From contig DASQGB010000081.1 of assembly GCA_035632815.1 (NCBI GenBank), positions 1 through 30,676 of the forward strand: a stretch of DNA of 30,676 bases. Reading direction: 5' to 3'. How positions within the stretch are numbered: the first letter of the stretch is position 1; every line of letters begins with the position of its first letter. A program made the translations under genes and the position numbers. Positions 10,804 through 20,919 of this stretch are shown in pieces. Source of the stretch: Burkholderiales bacterium. Lineage in GTDB: Bacteria > Pseudomonadota > Gammaproteobacteria > Burkholderiales > SG8-39. The notes under the pieces were generated by a model. It saw nothing but the letters and a program-made list of their open reading frames with translations, did not search any database and was not told the DNA's origin.

Positions 10804-11851
10804 TCACGCCGCCGCCGAGGCAGACCTCGCCGTCGTAAAGCACCACCGACTGTCCGGGCGTCACCGCCCATTGCGGCGCGGCGAAGTCGACGCGGATCTC
10901 GCTGTGCAGCACTCGCGACAGCCGGCACGCCGCATCCGCCTGCCGATAGCGCGTCTTCGCCGTGTGGCCTGAGCGCTCCTCTGGCGCAACGCCGCCGATC
11001 CAGCTCGTGTCCTGCGCTGCCAGCGAATTCTTCAGAAGCAGCGGATGGTCGTGGCCGCGCACGACGACGAGCCTGTTCGATTCGAGGTCCTTCCGCGCGA
11101 CATACCACGCCTCGCCCGGGCCTCCCAGGCCGATGCCCTTGCGTTGACCGATCGTATAGAACGCGAGGCCGACGTGCTCGCCGATCGTCCTTCCCGCTTC
11201 GTCGATTATCGGCCCGGGCGCCTTCGGCAGATACTTGCCGAGAAACTCGCGAAATGGCCGCTCGCCGATGAAGCAGATTCCGGTGGAATCCTTCTTGGCG
11301 TGGTTCGGCAAGCCCTGCTCGAGCGCCATGCGCCGCACGGCGGATTTCTTCATGTCCCCGATCGGAAACATCACGCGCGAAAGCTGCTCCTGGTTCAGGC
11401 GGTGCAGGAAGTAGCTTTGGTCCTTCGCAGCGTCTTTCCCCTTGAGTAGACGAACCGCGCTCCCTGAAACGTCCAATCTTGCATAGTGCCCAGTCGCGAT
11501 CTTCGCCGCGCCCAGGCGCATGGCGTGGTCGAGAAAGGCCTTGAACTTGATCTCGGCGTTGCACAGCACGTCGGGGTTGGGGGTGCGCCCGGCGGCGTAC
11601 TCGCGCAGGAACTGCGAGAACACGCGGTCCTTGTACTCGGCGGCGAAGTTGACCGCCTCGAGCTCGATGCCGATCACCTCTGCGGCCGCGGCCGCATCGA
11701 CCAGGTCTTCCCGCGTGGAGCAGTACTCGTCGCGGTCGTCGTCCTCCCAGTTCTTCATGAACAGGCCGATCACGTCGTGGCCCTGCCGCTTGAGGAGCAG
11801 CGCCGCCACCGAGGAGTCGACCCCGCCCGACATGCCGACGACGATCTTCAC
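10796..11851 (-). CDS. mnmA: tRNA-specific 2-thiouridylase
   Basis: PP-loop [63 protein letters not shown]. Confidence 0.98.
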   Translation of the reverse strand: MKIVVGMSGGVDSSVAALLLKRQGHDVIGLFMKNWEDDDRDEYCSTREDLVDAAAAAEVIGIELEAVNFAAEYKDRVFSQFLREYAAGRTPNPDVLCNAEIKFKAFLDHAMRLGAAKIATGHYARLDVSGSAVRLLKGKDAAKDQSYFLHRLNQEQLSRVMFPIGDMKKSAVRRMALEQGLPNHAKKDSTGICFIGERPFREFLGKYLPKAPGPIIDEAGRTIGEHVGLAFYTIGQRKGIGLGGPGEAWYVARKDLESNRLVVVRGHDHPLLLKNSLAAQDTSWIGGVAPEERSGHTAKTRYRQADAACRLSRVLHSEIRVDFAAPQWAVTPGQSVVLYDGEVCLGGGVIT

Positions 11852-12300
11852 GCGAACTCCGTGGACAGCAGCTCTAGCGGAAAATTGCGCCCGGCGAGGA
11901 AGTCATCGACGCATTTTTGCACCAACGGCGAGCGGTGCTCGGCGCGGCGCGCGGCGAGCTCTGCCGGCGTAAGCCAGTGCAGCGCGAGGATCTGCTTATC
12001 CAGGCGCCTGCCGGCGTCCTCGCCGGAGAGCTTGCCGCGGAAGCAGAAGCGCAGAAAGGTCACGTCCTTCGGGCGATAGTGCCAGCGATACACGCCGACC
12101 AGGCCGGTCGGCTCGAGGCGGTGCGCGGTCTCCTCGAGCACCTCGCGCGCGCAGGCCTCGACCAGCGTCTCGCCCGGATCGAGGTGTCCGGCAGGCTGAT
12201 TGAGCACCCTGCGGCCGTCAATGACCTCCTCGACGAGCAGGAACTTACCCTGGCGCTCGATGACGGCGGCGACCGTCACCGACGGCTTCCACCGGCTCAT
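11848..12300 (-). CDS. Nudix hydrolase, NudJ-like
   Basis: [45 protein letters not shown] Nudix box. Adjacency to mnmA matches the nudJ-mnmA synteny. Start set at ATG 12300 (ATGA overlap with the upstream gene), not 12564. Confidence 0.9.
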   Translation of the reverse strand: MSRWKPSVTVAAVIERQGKFLLVEEVIDGRRVLNQPAGHLDPGETLVEACAREVLEETAHRLEPTGLVGVYRWHYRPKDVTFLRFCFRGKLSGEDAGRRLDKQILALHWLTPAELAARRAEHRSPLVQKCVDDFLAGRNFPLELLSTEFA

Positions 12301-13511
12301 GCCGCTTTTTTTGTGTTTTTGCGGATGAAGTCCGCCATGCGCTCGACGCCGCGCTCGATCGCCTGCTTCGATGCAGCATAGGAAAAGCGCAGGTGTTGGC
12401 CCTCGCCCGGCACCCGCGTGCCGAAGTGGATGTCGGCGAGCACCGCTACGCCCGCGTCGTGCAGCAGGCGCTTGCGGAACTCCTCGGAATCGGCCGCGCC
12501 GACGCGGCGGCAGGCCTCGGTGACGTTGGGCCAGACGTAGAACGCGCCGGCCGGCACCTGGCACTTAACGCCCGGGACCTCGTTGAGCAAACCCACGATG
12601 AAATCTCTTCTTTCCAAAAAACTTTTCCTCATCGCCGCAGCCGCTTCCTGCGGGCCGTTGATCGCCTCGAGCGCCGCCCACTGGCTGATCTGCGAGGCGC
12701 ACGACTCGGTGTTGGTGATCCAGCGGGTGAACACCGCGGCAAGCGCCGGATTTGACGTGAAGCCGATGCGCCAGCCGGTCATCGCCCAGGTCTTCGATGC
12801 TCCGTCGGAGATGATGGTGCGCTCGTACATCCCTGGCACCTGCGCGATGGAGAAGAATTCATCTGAAAAAACCAATCGAGAATAAATCTCGTCGGCGTAG
12901 ACCCACACCTGGGGGTGCTTCTTGAGGATTTCGCTTATCTGCTCGAGCTCTTTCCTGGACAGGCAGCCGCCGGTCGGGTTATGCGGGTAATTCAGGATCA
13001 GCAACCGGGTCTTCTTCGTGATGAGCCGTTCCAGCTCGGTCGGGTCGAAGGAAAAGCCCTTGTTCTCGTGCAGGTGGATGGGCACGGGACGCGCGCCGTT
13101 CGCGACGATCTGCGACTCGTAGATCGGGAATCCGGGGTTGGGGTAGATCACCTCGTCGCCCGCGCCGTAATCGGTGGTCGAAAGGATGCTGTAGGCGATG
13201 AACGGCTTTGCGCCCGCGCCGACCACCACGTCCTCGGGGCGGATGGGCAGACCGCCGCGCACGCGCGCGAGATAGCCAGCGGCCGCGTCCCTTAACTCGT
13301 CTATTCCGGCCGAGGGCGTGTAGCCGTGCTTGCCGGCCTTGATGGCGCGGATCGCGGCCTCCTGCACGTTCTGCGGCGCCGGGAAGTCGGGCTGGCCGAT
13401 GCAGAAGCTGATGATGTCCTTGCCCTGGCGCGCCAGCGCGTTCACCTCCGCGAGCACGACGAAGGCGTTTTCGGTGCCAAGGCCGGCGGCGCGGCGGCTG
13501 ATGTCAGGCAT
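12297..13511 (-). CDS. Class I/II PLP-dependent aminotransferase
   Basis: IGQPDFP, HGYTPSAGI.ELR, NPGFPIYE, LNYPHNPTG, DEIYSRL and the PLP lysine in SKTWAMTGWRIG. Confidence 0.93.
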   Translation of the reverse strand: MPDISRRAAGLGTENAFVVLAEVNALARQGKDIISFCIGQPDFPAPQNVQEAAIRAIKAGKHGYTPSAGIDELRDAAAGYLARVRGGLPIRPEDVVVGAGAKPFIAYSILSTTDYGAGDEVIYPNPGFPIYESQIVANGARPVPIHLHENKGFSFDPTELERLITKKTRLLILNYPHNPTGGCLSRKELEQISEILKKHPQVWVYADEIYSRLVFSDEFFSIAQVPGMYERTIISDGASKTWAMTGWRIGFTSNPALAAVFTRWITNTESCASQISQWAALEAINGPQEAAAAMRKSFLERRDFIVGLLNEVPGVKCQVPAGAFYVWPNVTEACRRVGAADSEEFRKRLLHDAGVAVLADIHFGTRVPGEGQHLRFSYAASKQAIERGVERMADFIRKNTKKAA

Positions 13512-13546
13512 GGAGAGTCTCTAGAAAATCCGTATTATGCCGTCCC

Positions 13547-14515
13547 ATGCTCGTAAACTGCGTCGCGTACCAGGACGGCCGCAAGCTCGGCGACATCGAT
13601 CCGAAGCAGATCAGCGAGTACATCGCACGTCCCGGCACCTTCGTGTGGGTAGCGCTGAAGGACGCTTCGGCCACCGAGATGGAGCAGATGCGCGAGGAGT
13701 TCGGCTTGCACGAGCTCGCGGTAGAGGACGCCCAGCACGGCCACCAACGGCCAAAGATCGAGGAATACGGCGATTCGCTGTTCGTAGTGCTGCACACGGT
13801 GGAGGTCGCCGGCGACGAGCTGAAGGTCGGCGAGGTCGACATCTTCGTCGGCCGAAACTACGTCCTGTCGGTCCGCCAGCGCAGCGAGCAGGGCTTCCAG
13901 GCCGTGCGCACGCGCGCCGAACACGAGCCCGAGCTGCTCAAGCAGGGGTCGGGCTATGTGCTGTATGCGCTCATGGACACGGTGGTCGACCGGTACTTCC
14001 CGGTGCTCGACGCAGTGGAGACCGATCTCGAGACGATCGAGGAAAAGCTGTTCACGCCCGGCACCAAGCCGCGGGAGAACATCGAGGCGCTCTACTACGT
14101 GAAGCAGAAGCTCACCACCCTGAAGCACGCTGCCGGTCCGCTGCTCGACGGTGCGGGGCGCCTCTTCGGCGGTCGCGTCCCGGGAGTCTGCAGCGGCTTG
14201 GGCGAGTACTTCCGCGACGTCTCGGATCACCTGGTGCGCCTCAACCAGTCGCTCGACGCTCTGCGCGACACGGTGGCGACCGCCATCCAGGTCAACCTCG
14301 CCATGATCACCATCGGCGAGAGCGAGGTCACCAAGCGCCTCGCCGGCTACGCCGCTCTGGTGGCGGTGCCGACCATGATCGCCGGTGTGTACGGCATGAA
14401 CTTCGAGCACATGCCCGAGTTGAAGTGGACCTTCGGCTACCCGCTCGCCGTCGCGCTGATGGTGGCGATCGACGCCTGGCTGTTCTTCCGCTTCCGCAAG
14501 GCCGGCTGGCTCTAG
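13547..14515 (+). CDS. corA: CorA-family Mg2+/Co2+ transporter
   Basis: LHELAVED...HQRPKIEEY, DTVVDRYFP and the C-terminal YGMNF..MPEL.W..GY signature with two TM helices. Confidence 0.93.
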   Translation: MLVNCVAYQDGRKLGDIDPKQISEYIARPGTFVWVALKDASATEMEQMREEFGLHELAVEDAQHGHQRPKIEEYGDSLFVVLHTVEVAGDELKVGEVDIFVGRNYVLSVRQRSEQGFQAVRTRAEHEPELLKQGSGYVLYALMDTVVDRYFPVLDAVETDLETIEEKLFTPGTKPRENIEALYYVKQKLTTLKHAAGPLLDGAGRLFGGRVPGVCSGLGEYFRDVSDHLVRLNQSLDALRDTVATAIQVNLAMITIGESEVTKRLAGYAALVAVPTMIAGVYGMNFEHMPELKWTFGYPLAVALMVAIDAWLFFRFRKAGWL

Positions 14516-14865
14516 CCGAAGCGCAATTCGGCGCGCACCACGTCCCAGACCACGGCGACCCGGTTTTCCTTTCGCTCTATCAGGCCGAGCTCGATCAGGC
14601 GCGCGACGTCGGTGTGCACGTTCTTGTAATCGCGCTCCAGGCGCCTCGCGAGCTCGTAGATCGAGCTCGGCCCCTCCGCGCGCAGCTTTTCCAGCAGCGA
14701 CCAGCGCGCCGGCGTCAGCGTCTTGGTCAGTAGCGGAAGATCTCCCAAGGCCAGGATATTCAACCTCTGCATTGCACGGCCTTCCGCAGTGCGGTTCCAT
14801 GCCGCCTCGAAGCGGTCGAGCGCGTCCGCGGCCGGGCCCACTCGCAGCTCGAGCGTTCTAGCCAA
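14512..14865 (-). CDS. wHTH antitoxin-like regulator (HVO_A0114/COG4190-like)
   Basis: LTPARWSLL..L...GPSSIYELARRLERDYKNVHTDV..L...GLIE pattern recognised from this family; TTG start with GGAGG SD, overlapping the upstream small ORF by 8 nt. Confidence 0.8.
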   Translation of the reverse strand: MARTLELRVGPAADALDRFEAAWNRTAEGRAMQRLNILALGDLPLLTKTLTPARWSLLEKLRAEGPSSIYELARRLERDYKNVHTDVARLIELGLIERKENRVAVVWDVVRAELRFG

Positions 14866-15079
14866 GGCTGCCTCCCGCCGCCTGGATATCGCGCTCGAAG
14901 TCGTAGCGCAGCTGCTCCACCGACCTGAACTCGTACGGCAGCCGGCGCCCGCGCACCGTGCGGCGCCCGTCCGCGTATTCGACCAGGTCGCCGAGGCGCA
15001 GGCGGTAACGCAGGTCGTCGTGGAATTCGACTTCCAAGATCCGATCCCCCAGAAGGACGCGCTCGTGTAGCAGAATCAT
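14858..15079 (-). CDS. Short DUF6516-like (toxin-type) protein, 73 aa
   Basis: MILLHERVLLGDRILEVEFHDDLRYRLRLGDLVEYADGRRTVRGRRLPYEFRSVEQLRYDFERDIQAAGGSLG. YRL and PYEF.S.EQL..DF..D resemble DUF6516; GC-rich third codon positions; lies upstream of the HTH partner. Confidence 0.7.
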   Translation of the reverse strand: MILLHERVLLGDRILEVEFHDDLRYRLRLGDLVEYADGRRTVRGRRLPYEFRSVEQLRYDFERDIQAAGGSLG

Positions 15080-15097
15080 ATGGCTTAGGATACCATA
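15079..15097. promoter_or_regulatory. Putative operator TATGG-N9-CCATA over an extended -10 (TGgTATCCT) of the TA-like pair
   Basis: The inverted repeat brackets the -10 (15087-15092, - strand), which is 7 nt before the ATG; geometry typical of TA autoregulation (inference). Confidence 0.5.
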
Positions 15098-15121
15098 GCC
15101 GCAGTGCGGTAAAATCCGCCC

Positions 15122-17102
<1,981 letters not shown>

Positions 17103-17186
17103 AGAAAAGTAGGGGTATCGTAGAAGACAAAGCGCCGAAGGCCGCGTTACTTACGCATCCACCTATTGAGGCGACATGCACCGCCT

Positions 17187-17741
17187 ATGTCCCTAGAGCT
17201 ACAGCTATCCCAAACGCTGTCACGTTTGCCCACAGCGGCCACGGCATGGAATATCGAGACGGCACTATCCATCCTAGGCATAGCAATCGGAGCCGCAGGA
17301 CTAGTCTCGCTGTGGCCTTCCATATCAGCAGAGCCGCTCCCCTTACCCGATCCCGCGCAGCCGTTTTTGGTGCCTTTCAAGGTTACGAATTCCGGCTACC
17401 TGCCAATTAAAGACCTGCGAGGCCATTGCTACATCGACAAGATAAGGGTTGGCGACCTCAATGTTGAAAATAGCGTCCTATCCGGTTGGGAGGCTGACTA
17501 TCTGGCGCGAGGCGAGTCCATGACCATGATGGTTGACCTGATCGACTCCCAGGTTCCGCCAGCGCCGGCGGAAGCGGACATCGCGATCGTGGTGGACTAC
17601 AAGCCGCTTCTAATGCCATTCGTTTGCCTGCGCGGCATCTCCCGATTCGTCGGCCATCACGAGGCTACATGGCAATGGCTCCAGCAAGCCAGCGCCGAGC
17701 TTAAAAGGCGAATCCGCGCAAGCCTCGACAAGCACGCCTGA
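17187..17741 (+). CDS. Hypothetical membrane-anchored protein
   Basis: One TM segment (TALSILGIAIGAAGLVSLW) followed by a beta-rich region (PFLVPFKVTNSGYLP); AT-richer codons than the host genes; start uncertain (TTG 17166 or ATG 17187). Confidence 0.6.
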   Translation: MSLELQLSQTLSRLPTAATAWNIETALSILGIAIGAAGLVSLWPSISAEPLPLPDPAQPFLVPFKVTNSGYLPIKDLRGHCYIDKIRVGDLNVENSVLSGWEADYLARGESMTMMVDLIDSQVPPAPAEADIAIVVDYKPLLMPFVCLRGISRFVGHHEATWQWLQQASAELKRRIRASLDKHA

Positions 17742-17779
17742 TTGTCCGAAAATGTGCGGGACACCTTGGGGAGGGTGCT

Positions 17780-17998
17780 TTGGGGAACGACACGATTGGT
17801 GTTCAAGCACTGCTACGAGCTGCAGAAATCGTAGGCGGCACGCACGCCTTGGCAAGCCACCTTCGCGTGCCACACCGAAAACTTCTGGATTGGCTAGATG
17901 GTCGCGAGCAGGCGCCCTGGGAGGTTTCGTTGCGCGTGGTGGAGATCGTCGTGCCACCTTTGCTCGCCGAGCTGTTCGCGCGGAGCGCAAACGCCTGA
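17780..17998 (+). CDS. Small Cro-like HTH protein, copy A (72 aa)
   Basis: TTG start after GGGGAGGG; AL.RAA.I.GG..ALA..L.V....L..WL.G...P pattern; 21/53 identical to the ORF at 19920. Confidence 0.7.
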   Translation: MGNDTIGVQALLRAAEIVGGTHALASHLRVPHRKLLDWLDGREQAPWEVSLRVVEIVVPPLLAELFARSANA

Positions 17999-18184
17999 GC
18001 CGTTGATCGAGCAGGTTGAGGCCGGCCTCGGGGACGACAAGGGATGAAGATCCCTGGCGTCCCGGTCTGGGCAATCCAAACGACAAACTTTGTGAAGTAG
18101 GTCCTACGTCGTAACTCGCAGGACTCCATGGACGCGAGTATTTCACCCAACGTCCAACGGCGGGCTCAATCGTAGGAGCAGAAC

Positions 18185-18484
18185 ATGATCATCAAGACCG
18201 ATCGTGTCTATCGACGCACAGAAGCGGGGCTGCGGGCCCTAGGTAGCGAAAAGTCGGTACCCATCTGGTACCGCCGAATCCTCGGCCTAATGGATGGCGA
18301 GACGCCTTCCGACGCAGTTCTCGGGAATATGTACCCTTATGCAAGCAGGCAGACTCTGGACTGGCTAGACGAGCTCGAGACGCTGGGATTCACGGAGCTG
18401 GTAGCCTTCACCTCATCGCCTTCACCTGACACGACAGGCAATTTCAGCATGCTCTCGATGCGTGCTCAGCAAAGAGCCGCCTAA
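18185..18484 (+). CDS. Hypothetical protein, probable winged-HTH (99 aa)
   Basis: AGGAG SD; YRRTEAGLRAL...RRILGLMDG...LDWLDELETLGF; the fold assignment is an inference. Confidence 0.65.
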   Translation: MIIKTDRVYRRTEAGLRALGSEKSVPIWYRRILGLMDGETPSDAVLGNMYPYASRQTLDWLDELETLGFTELVAFTSSPSPDTTGNFSMLSMRAQQRAA

Positions 18485-18681
18485 AGCGGCGGTCGGCGCT
18501 GATTCAGAGCTGCCGGGCATACGCAGGCGCAGGGCCGCCGACTGCCAAATTTGTCACGGCGAGAATGTGCGTTATGGCACTCTTGATGTCATCCTCCGGC
18601 TTCGTGTTCGATATGCAGCCACGGCTGTCATTTTCTGCAATCGATAATCCGCTCGTGCGCCGTTTCGCCTATCGTCCGCGC

Positions 18682-18870
18682 ATGGACGACGACTCTCTCG
18701 AAAAGCTGGCGCAGATCGAAGCGTACGTGCGCTGCGTGCTCAGGCAATACGACCTGGGCACCACGAGAATCAACCTCCTCAACGTTCTCGAAATCACCAA
18801 GGCCTTGCGCAAGAAGCTGGGCGACGAGCGGCCGCGGGCCGCGTTCAAGCCAAGCCAGCTCCTGCACTAG
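18682..18870 (+). CDS. Small hypothetical protein (62 aa)
   Basis: MDDDSLEKLAQIEAYVRCVLRQYDLGTTRINLLNVLEITKALRKKLG...; amphipathic helices, host-like codons, TATCGT -10-like hexamer 6 nt upstream. Confidence 0.55.
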   Translation: MDDDSLEKLAQIEAYVRCVLRQYDLGTTRINLLNVLEITKALRKKLGDERPRAAFKPSQLLH

Positions 18871-18872
18871 CC

Positions 18873-19376
18873 TTACCAGACCTGGGCCTTGATTCCCCAC
18901 GCGGTGAGCTGGCGCGACGCACGCGCTTGAAGGCCGAGGGGCACCACGAGGACGAACTCCGCGCCATGCTCCCTGGCATGGCGAGAGAAAAGCTGGCACT
19001 GGCGACGCGTGTGCTCCAGCGATAGGGTGTCGGCGGTCTCCACTTCGAAGATGTACTCGGTGAATCCGAGCCAAAGCCAAGCGGTCGCATCCGGCGTGTA
19101 GCCTGCGCCGGTCACCGGGCTGAGGATTCTCTCCGGCTTTACCCAGCCGGGAAGGTCGGCGCGCAACTGCTCGAAGCCGTGGTTCGGGCCCTCGAGCACC
19201 TGCATGAGAAGCTGCAGGAGATCGTCGTGCGCACGCTTGTTCGCCGCGAGCGCCTGGGCGGACGGCCGCTGGAAGCCCGCGAAGAAGCGCAGACCGGTGC
19301 TGATGAGGAAGGGGTCCTGGGTGGCGGCGGGCGCCGGATCGGCGGCAGGGCCCCAAGGTGATTTTTTTGGCTGCAA
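18873..19376 (-). CDS. Hypothetical protein with a PD-(D/E)xK-like (restriction-endonuclease-fold) motif
   Basis: RADLPGW.KP..I......GYTPDATA......YIFEVET.......HT..Q..LF...A......FVLVVP; GAGGGAG SD before the TTG. Confidence 0.65.
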   Translation of the reverse strand: MQPKKSPWGPAADPAPAATQDPFLISTGLRFFAGFQRPSAQALAANKRAHDDLLQLLMQVLEGPNHGFEQLRADLPGWVKPERILSPVTGAGYTPDATAWLWLGFTEYIFEVETADTLSLEHTRRQCQLFSRHAREHGAEFVLVVPLGLQARASRQLTAWGIKAQVW

Positions 19377-19533
19377 GGGTCGGCTCCCTCGGGCTGCAAG
19401 CCCCCAGATTACCGGCGAGAGCTTCCCGGGCGACCCCCCGTCGCTGCGCGCAAGACTATCACGGCAAACGAGCCGCGGGCCAGCCGAGGGCGCCTAAGGC
19501 TACTAAACGGGGGCCTCGGGTCGAGGTTGACAC

Positions 19534-19677
19534 CTAGATGTTGTAGCCCGGTGTGGCGTCGAGCTCACGCGCTGAATTCATCACAAAAACGATCACCGAA
19601 CGTAAGGTGAGGATCTCGAGGAAGGTGTCGGCGTAGAAGTACTGCAGATAAGCAAGCATCAGCACCGCTGCAACCAG
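19534..19677 (-). CDS. Possible small hydrophobic peptide
   Basis: LVAAVLMLAYLQYFYADTFLEILTLRSVIVFVMNS...; protein-like, but no clean in-frame start (CTG 19677, GTG 19665 or ATG 19659). Confidence 0.3.
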   Translation of the reverse strand: MVAAVLMLAYLQYFYADTFLEILTLRSVIVFVMNSARELDATPGYNI

Positions 19678-19919
19678 CGGGCAACTTCCTCGCTCGGGTC
19701 CTTCTCCACTTCCTGTTGTTGATTCACCGATTCGCCCTCCCTGGCGAAAGCACGCTAGCGTACTTTTTATTTTCAATTTTGTCCGACGTTCGGTCAATGC
19801 AAAGGGGGCGACGACCACTACACTACGTTCGCAGGTTTGCATGAACACGCCAGCTCCAAATCAAACGCCGGGAGCATTAGTGCCTCGGTGCCGGCGCGCA
19901 ACGTGTGGCACTTTGCGGC

Positions 19920-20174
19920 ATGGCCGAAACGGTCCACGTCCGAGCGTTGCACAAGGCGGCGAATCTCCTCGGGGGCGCCGCCGAGCTGAGGCACTACCTT
20001 CGGGCCCCTGCCGAGGATCTCATGAGATGGATGGACGGTCAGGCCACGCCGCCGACCCAGGTGTTCCTCAAGGTAGTTGATCTGTTCATTTCTCGCGACG
20101 AGCCGCTGGACGATTTGTCCTCTCCGGACGGTCGCCGCGGCGCGGAAAGCTCGCGCCCGCCGGCTGCCGACTGA
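19920..20174 (+). CDS. Small Cro-like HTH protein, copy B (84 aa)
   Basis: MAETVHVRALHKAANLLGGAAELRHYLRAPAEDLMRWMDGQATPPTQVFLKVVDLF; paralog of 17780..17998. Confidence 0.75.
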   Translation: MAETVHVRALHKAANLLGGAAELRHYLRAPAEDLMRWMDGQATPPTQVFLKVVDLFISRDEPLDDLSSPDGRRGAESSRPPAAD

Positions 20175-20226
20175 ATTCCCGCAGCAGTGGTCCGCGCTTA
20201 CCGACCGGGGTGGCGCTCCACATTCT

Positions 20227-20919
20227 TTACTGTCTCGGGTGCAGCCTGCCCTCGTGCAGATCGAGCACGCGCTCGGCGCGCGCGGCGAGATCGGCATCGT
20301 GCGTGACGATGACGAAGGCGGTGCCGCGCGAGGCGGACAGCCGAAGCATGACGTCGAACACCTCGTCGGCAGTGTGCGAGTCGAGATTGCCCGTGGGCTC
20401 ATCGGCGAGCACCACGGCGGGCTCGGTGACCAGAGCGCGCGCGAAGGCGCAGCGCTGACGCTCGCCGCCCGAGAGCTCGCCCGGCTGGTGCTCGAGCCGC
20501 GCGCCCAGGCCGACTTCCGAGAGGATTCTGCTCGCCCGCTCGTGAGCCTGAGCGCGCGTCATGCGGCGGATCCATAGCGGCGTGGCGACGTTCTCTGCGG
20601 CAGTAAACTCGGCAAGCAGGTGATGGAACTGGTAGACGAAGCCGAGGGTTTCGTTGCGCACGCGTCCGCGCTCCGCGTCGCCCATCTGACTGAACGCCCG
20701 GCCGCGCACGTAGACGGTGCCACCGGTCGGCGCATCGAGACCGCCGAGAAGATGCAGCAGCGTCGACTTGCCTGAGCCCGAGCGGCCCATGATCGCTACG
20801 CGCTCGCCGGCGCGCAACTCGAAGTCGACGCCTTGCAGCACCGGCACCGGCGCGGGCCCCTGATAGGTCTTCCTCAGATCGGTGCAGGAAAGTACGACGT
20901 CACGAGTACCCTTATTCAT
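20227..20919 (-). CDS. lolD: Lipoprotein-releasing ABC transporter ATP-binding protein
   Basis: Walker A GRSGSGKST, LGFVYQFHHLL, LSGGERQR, LADEPTGNLD, VTHD; ATG 20919 overlaps the permease stop. Confidence 0.95.
   Translation of the reverse strand: MNKGTRDVVLSCTDLRKTYQGPAPVPVLQGVDFELRAGERVAIMGRSGSGKSTLLHLLGGLDAPTGGTVYVRGRAFSQMGDAERGRVRNETLGFVYQFHHLLAEFTAAENVATPLWIRRMTRAQAHERASRILSEVGLGARLEHQPGELSGGERQRCAFARALVTEPAVVLADEPTGNLDSHTADEVFDVMLRLSASRGTAFVIVTHDADLAARAERVLDLHEGRLHPRQ

Noticed and set aside
17103-20226. Calling the accessory patch a prophage or mobile element
   Set aside because: No integrase, transposase, structural or replication genes, and no att or terminal repeats were found
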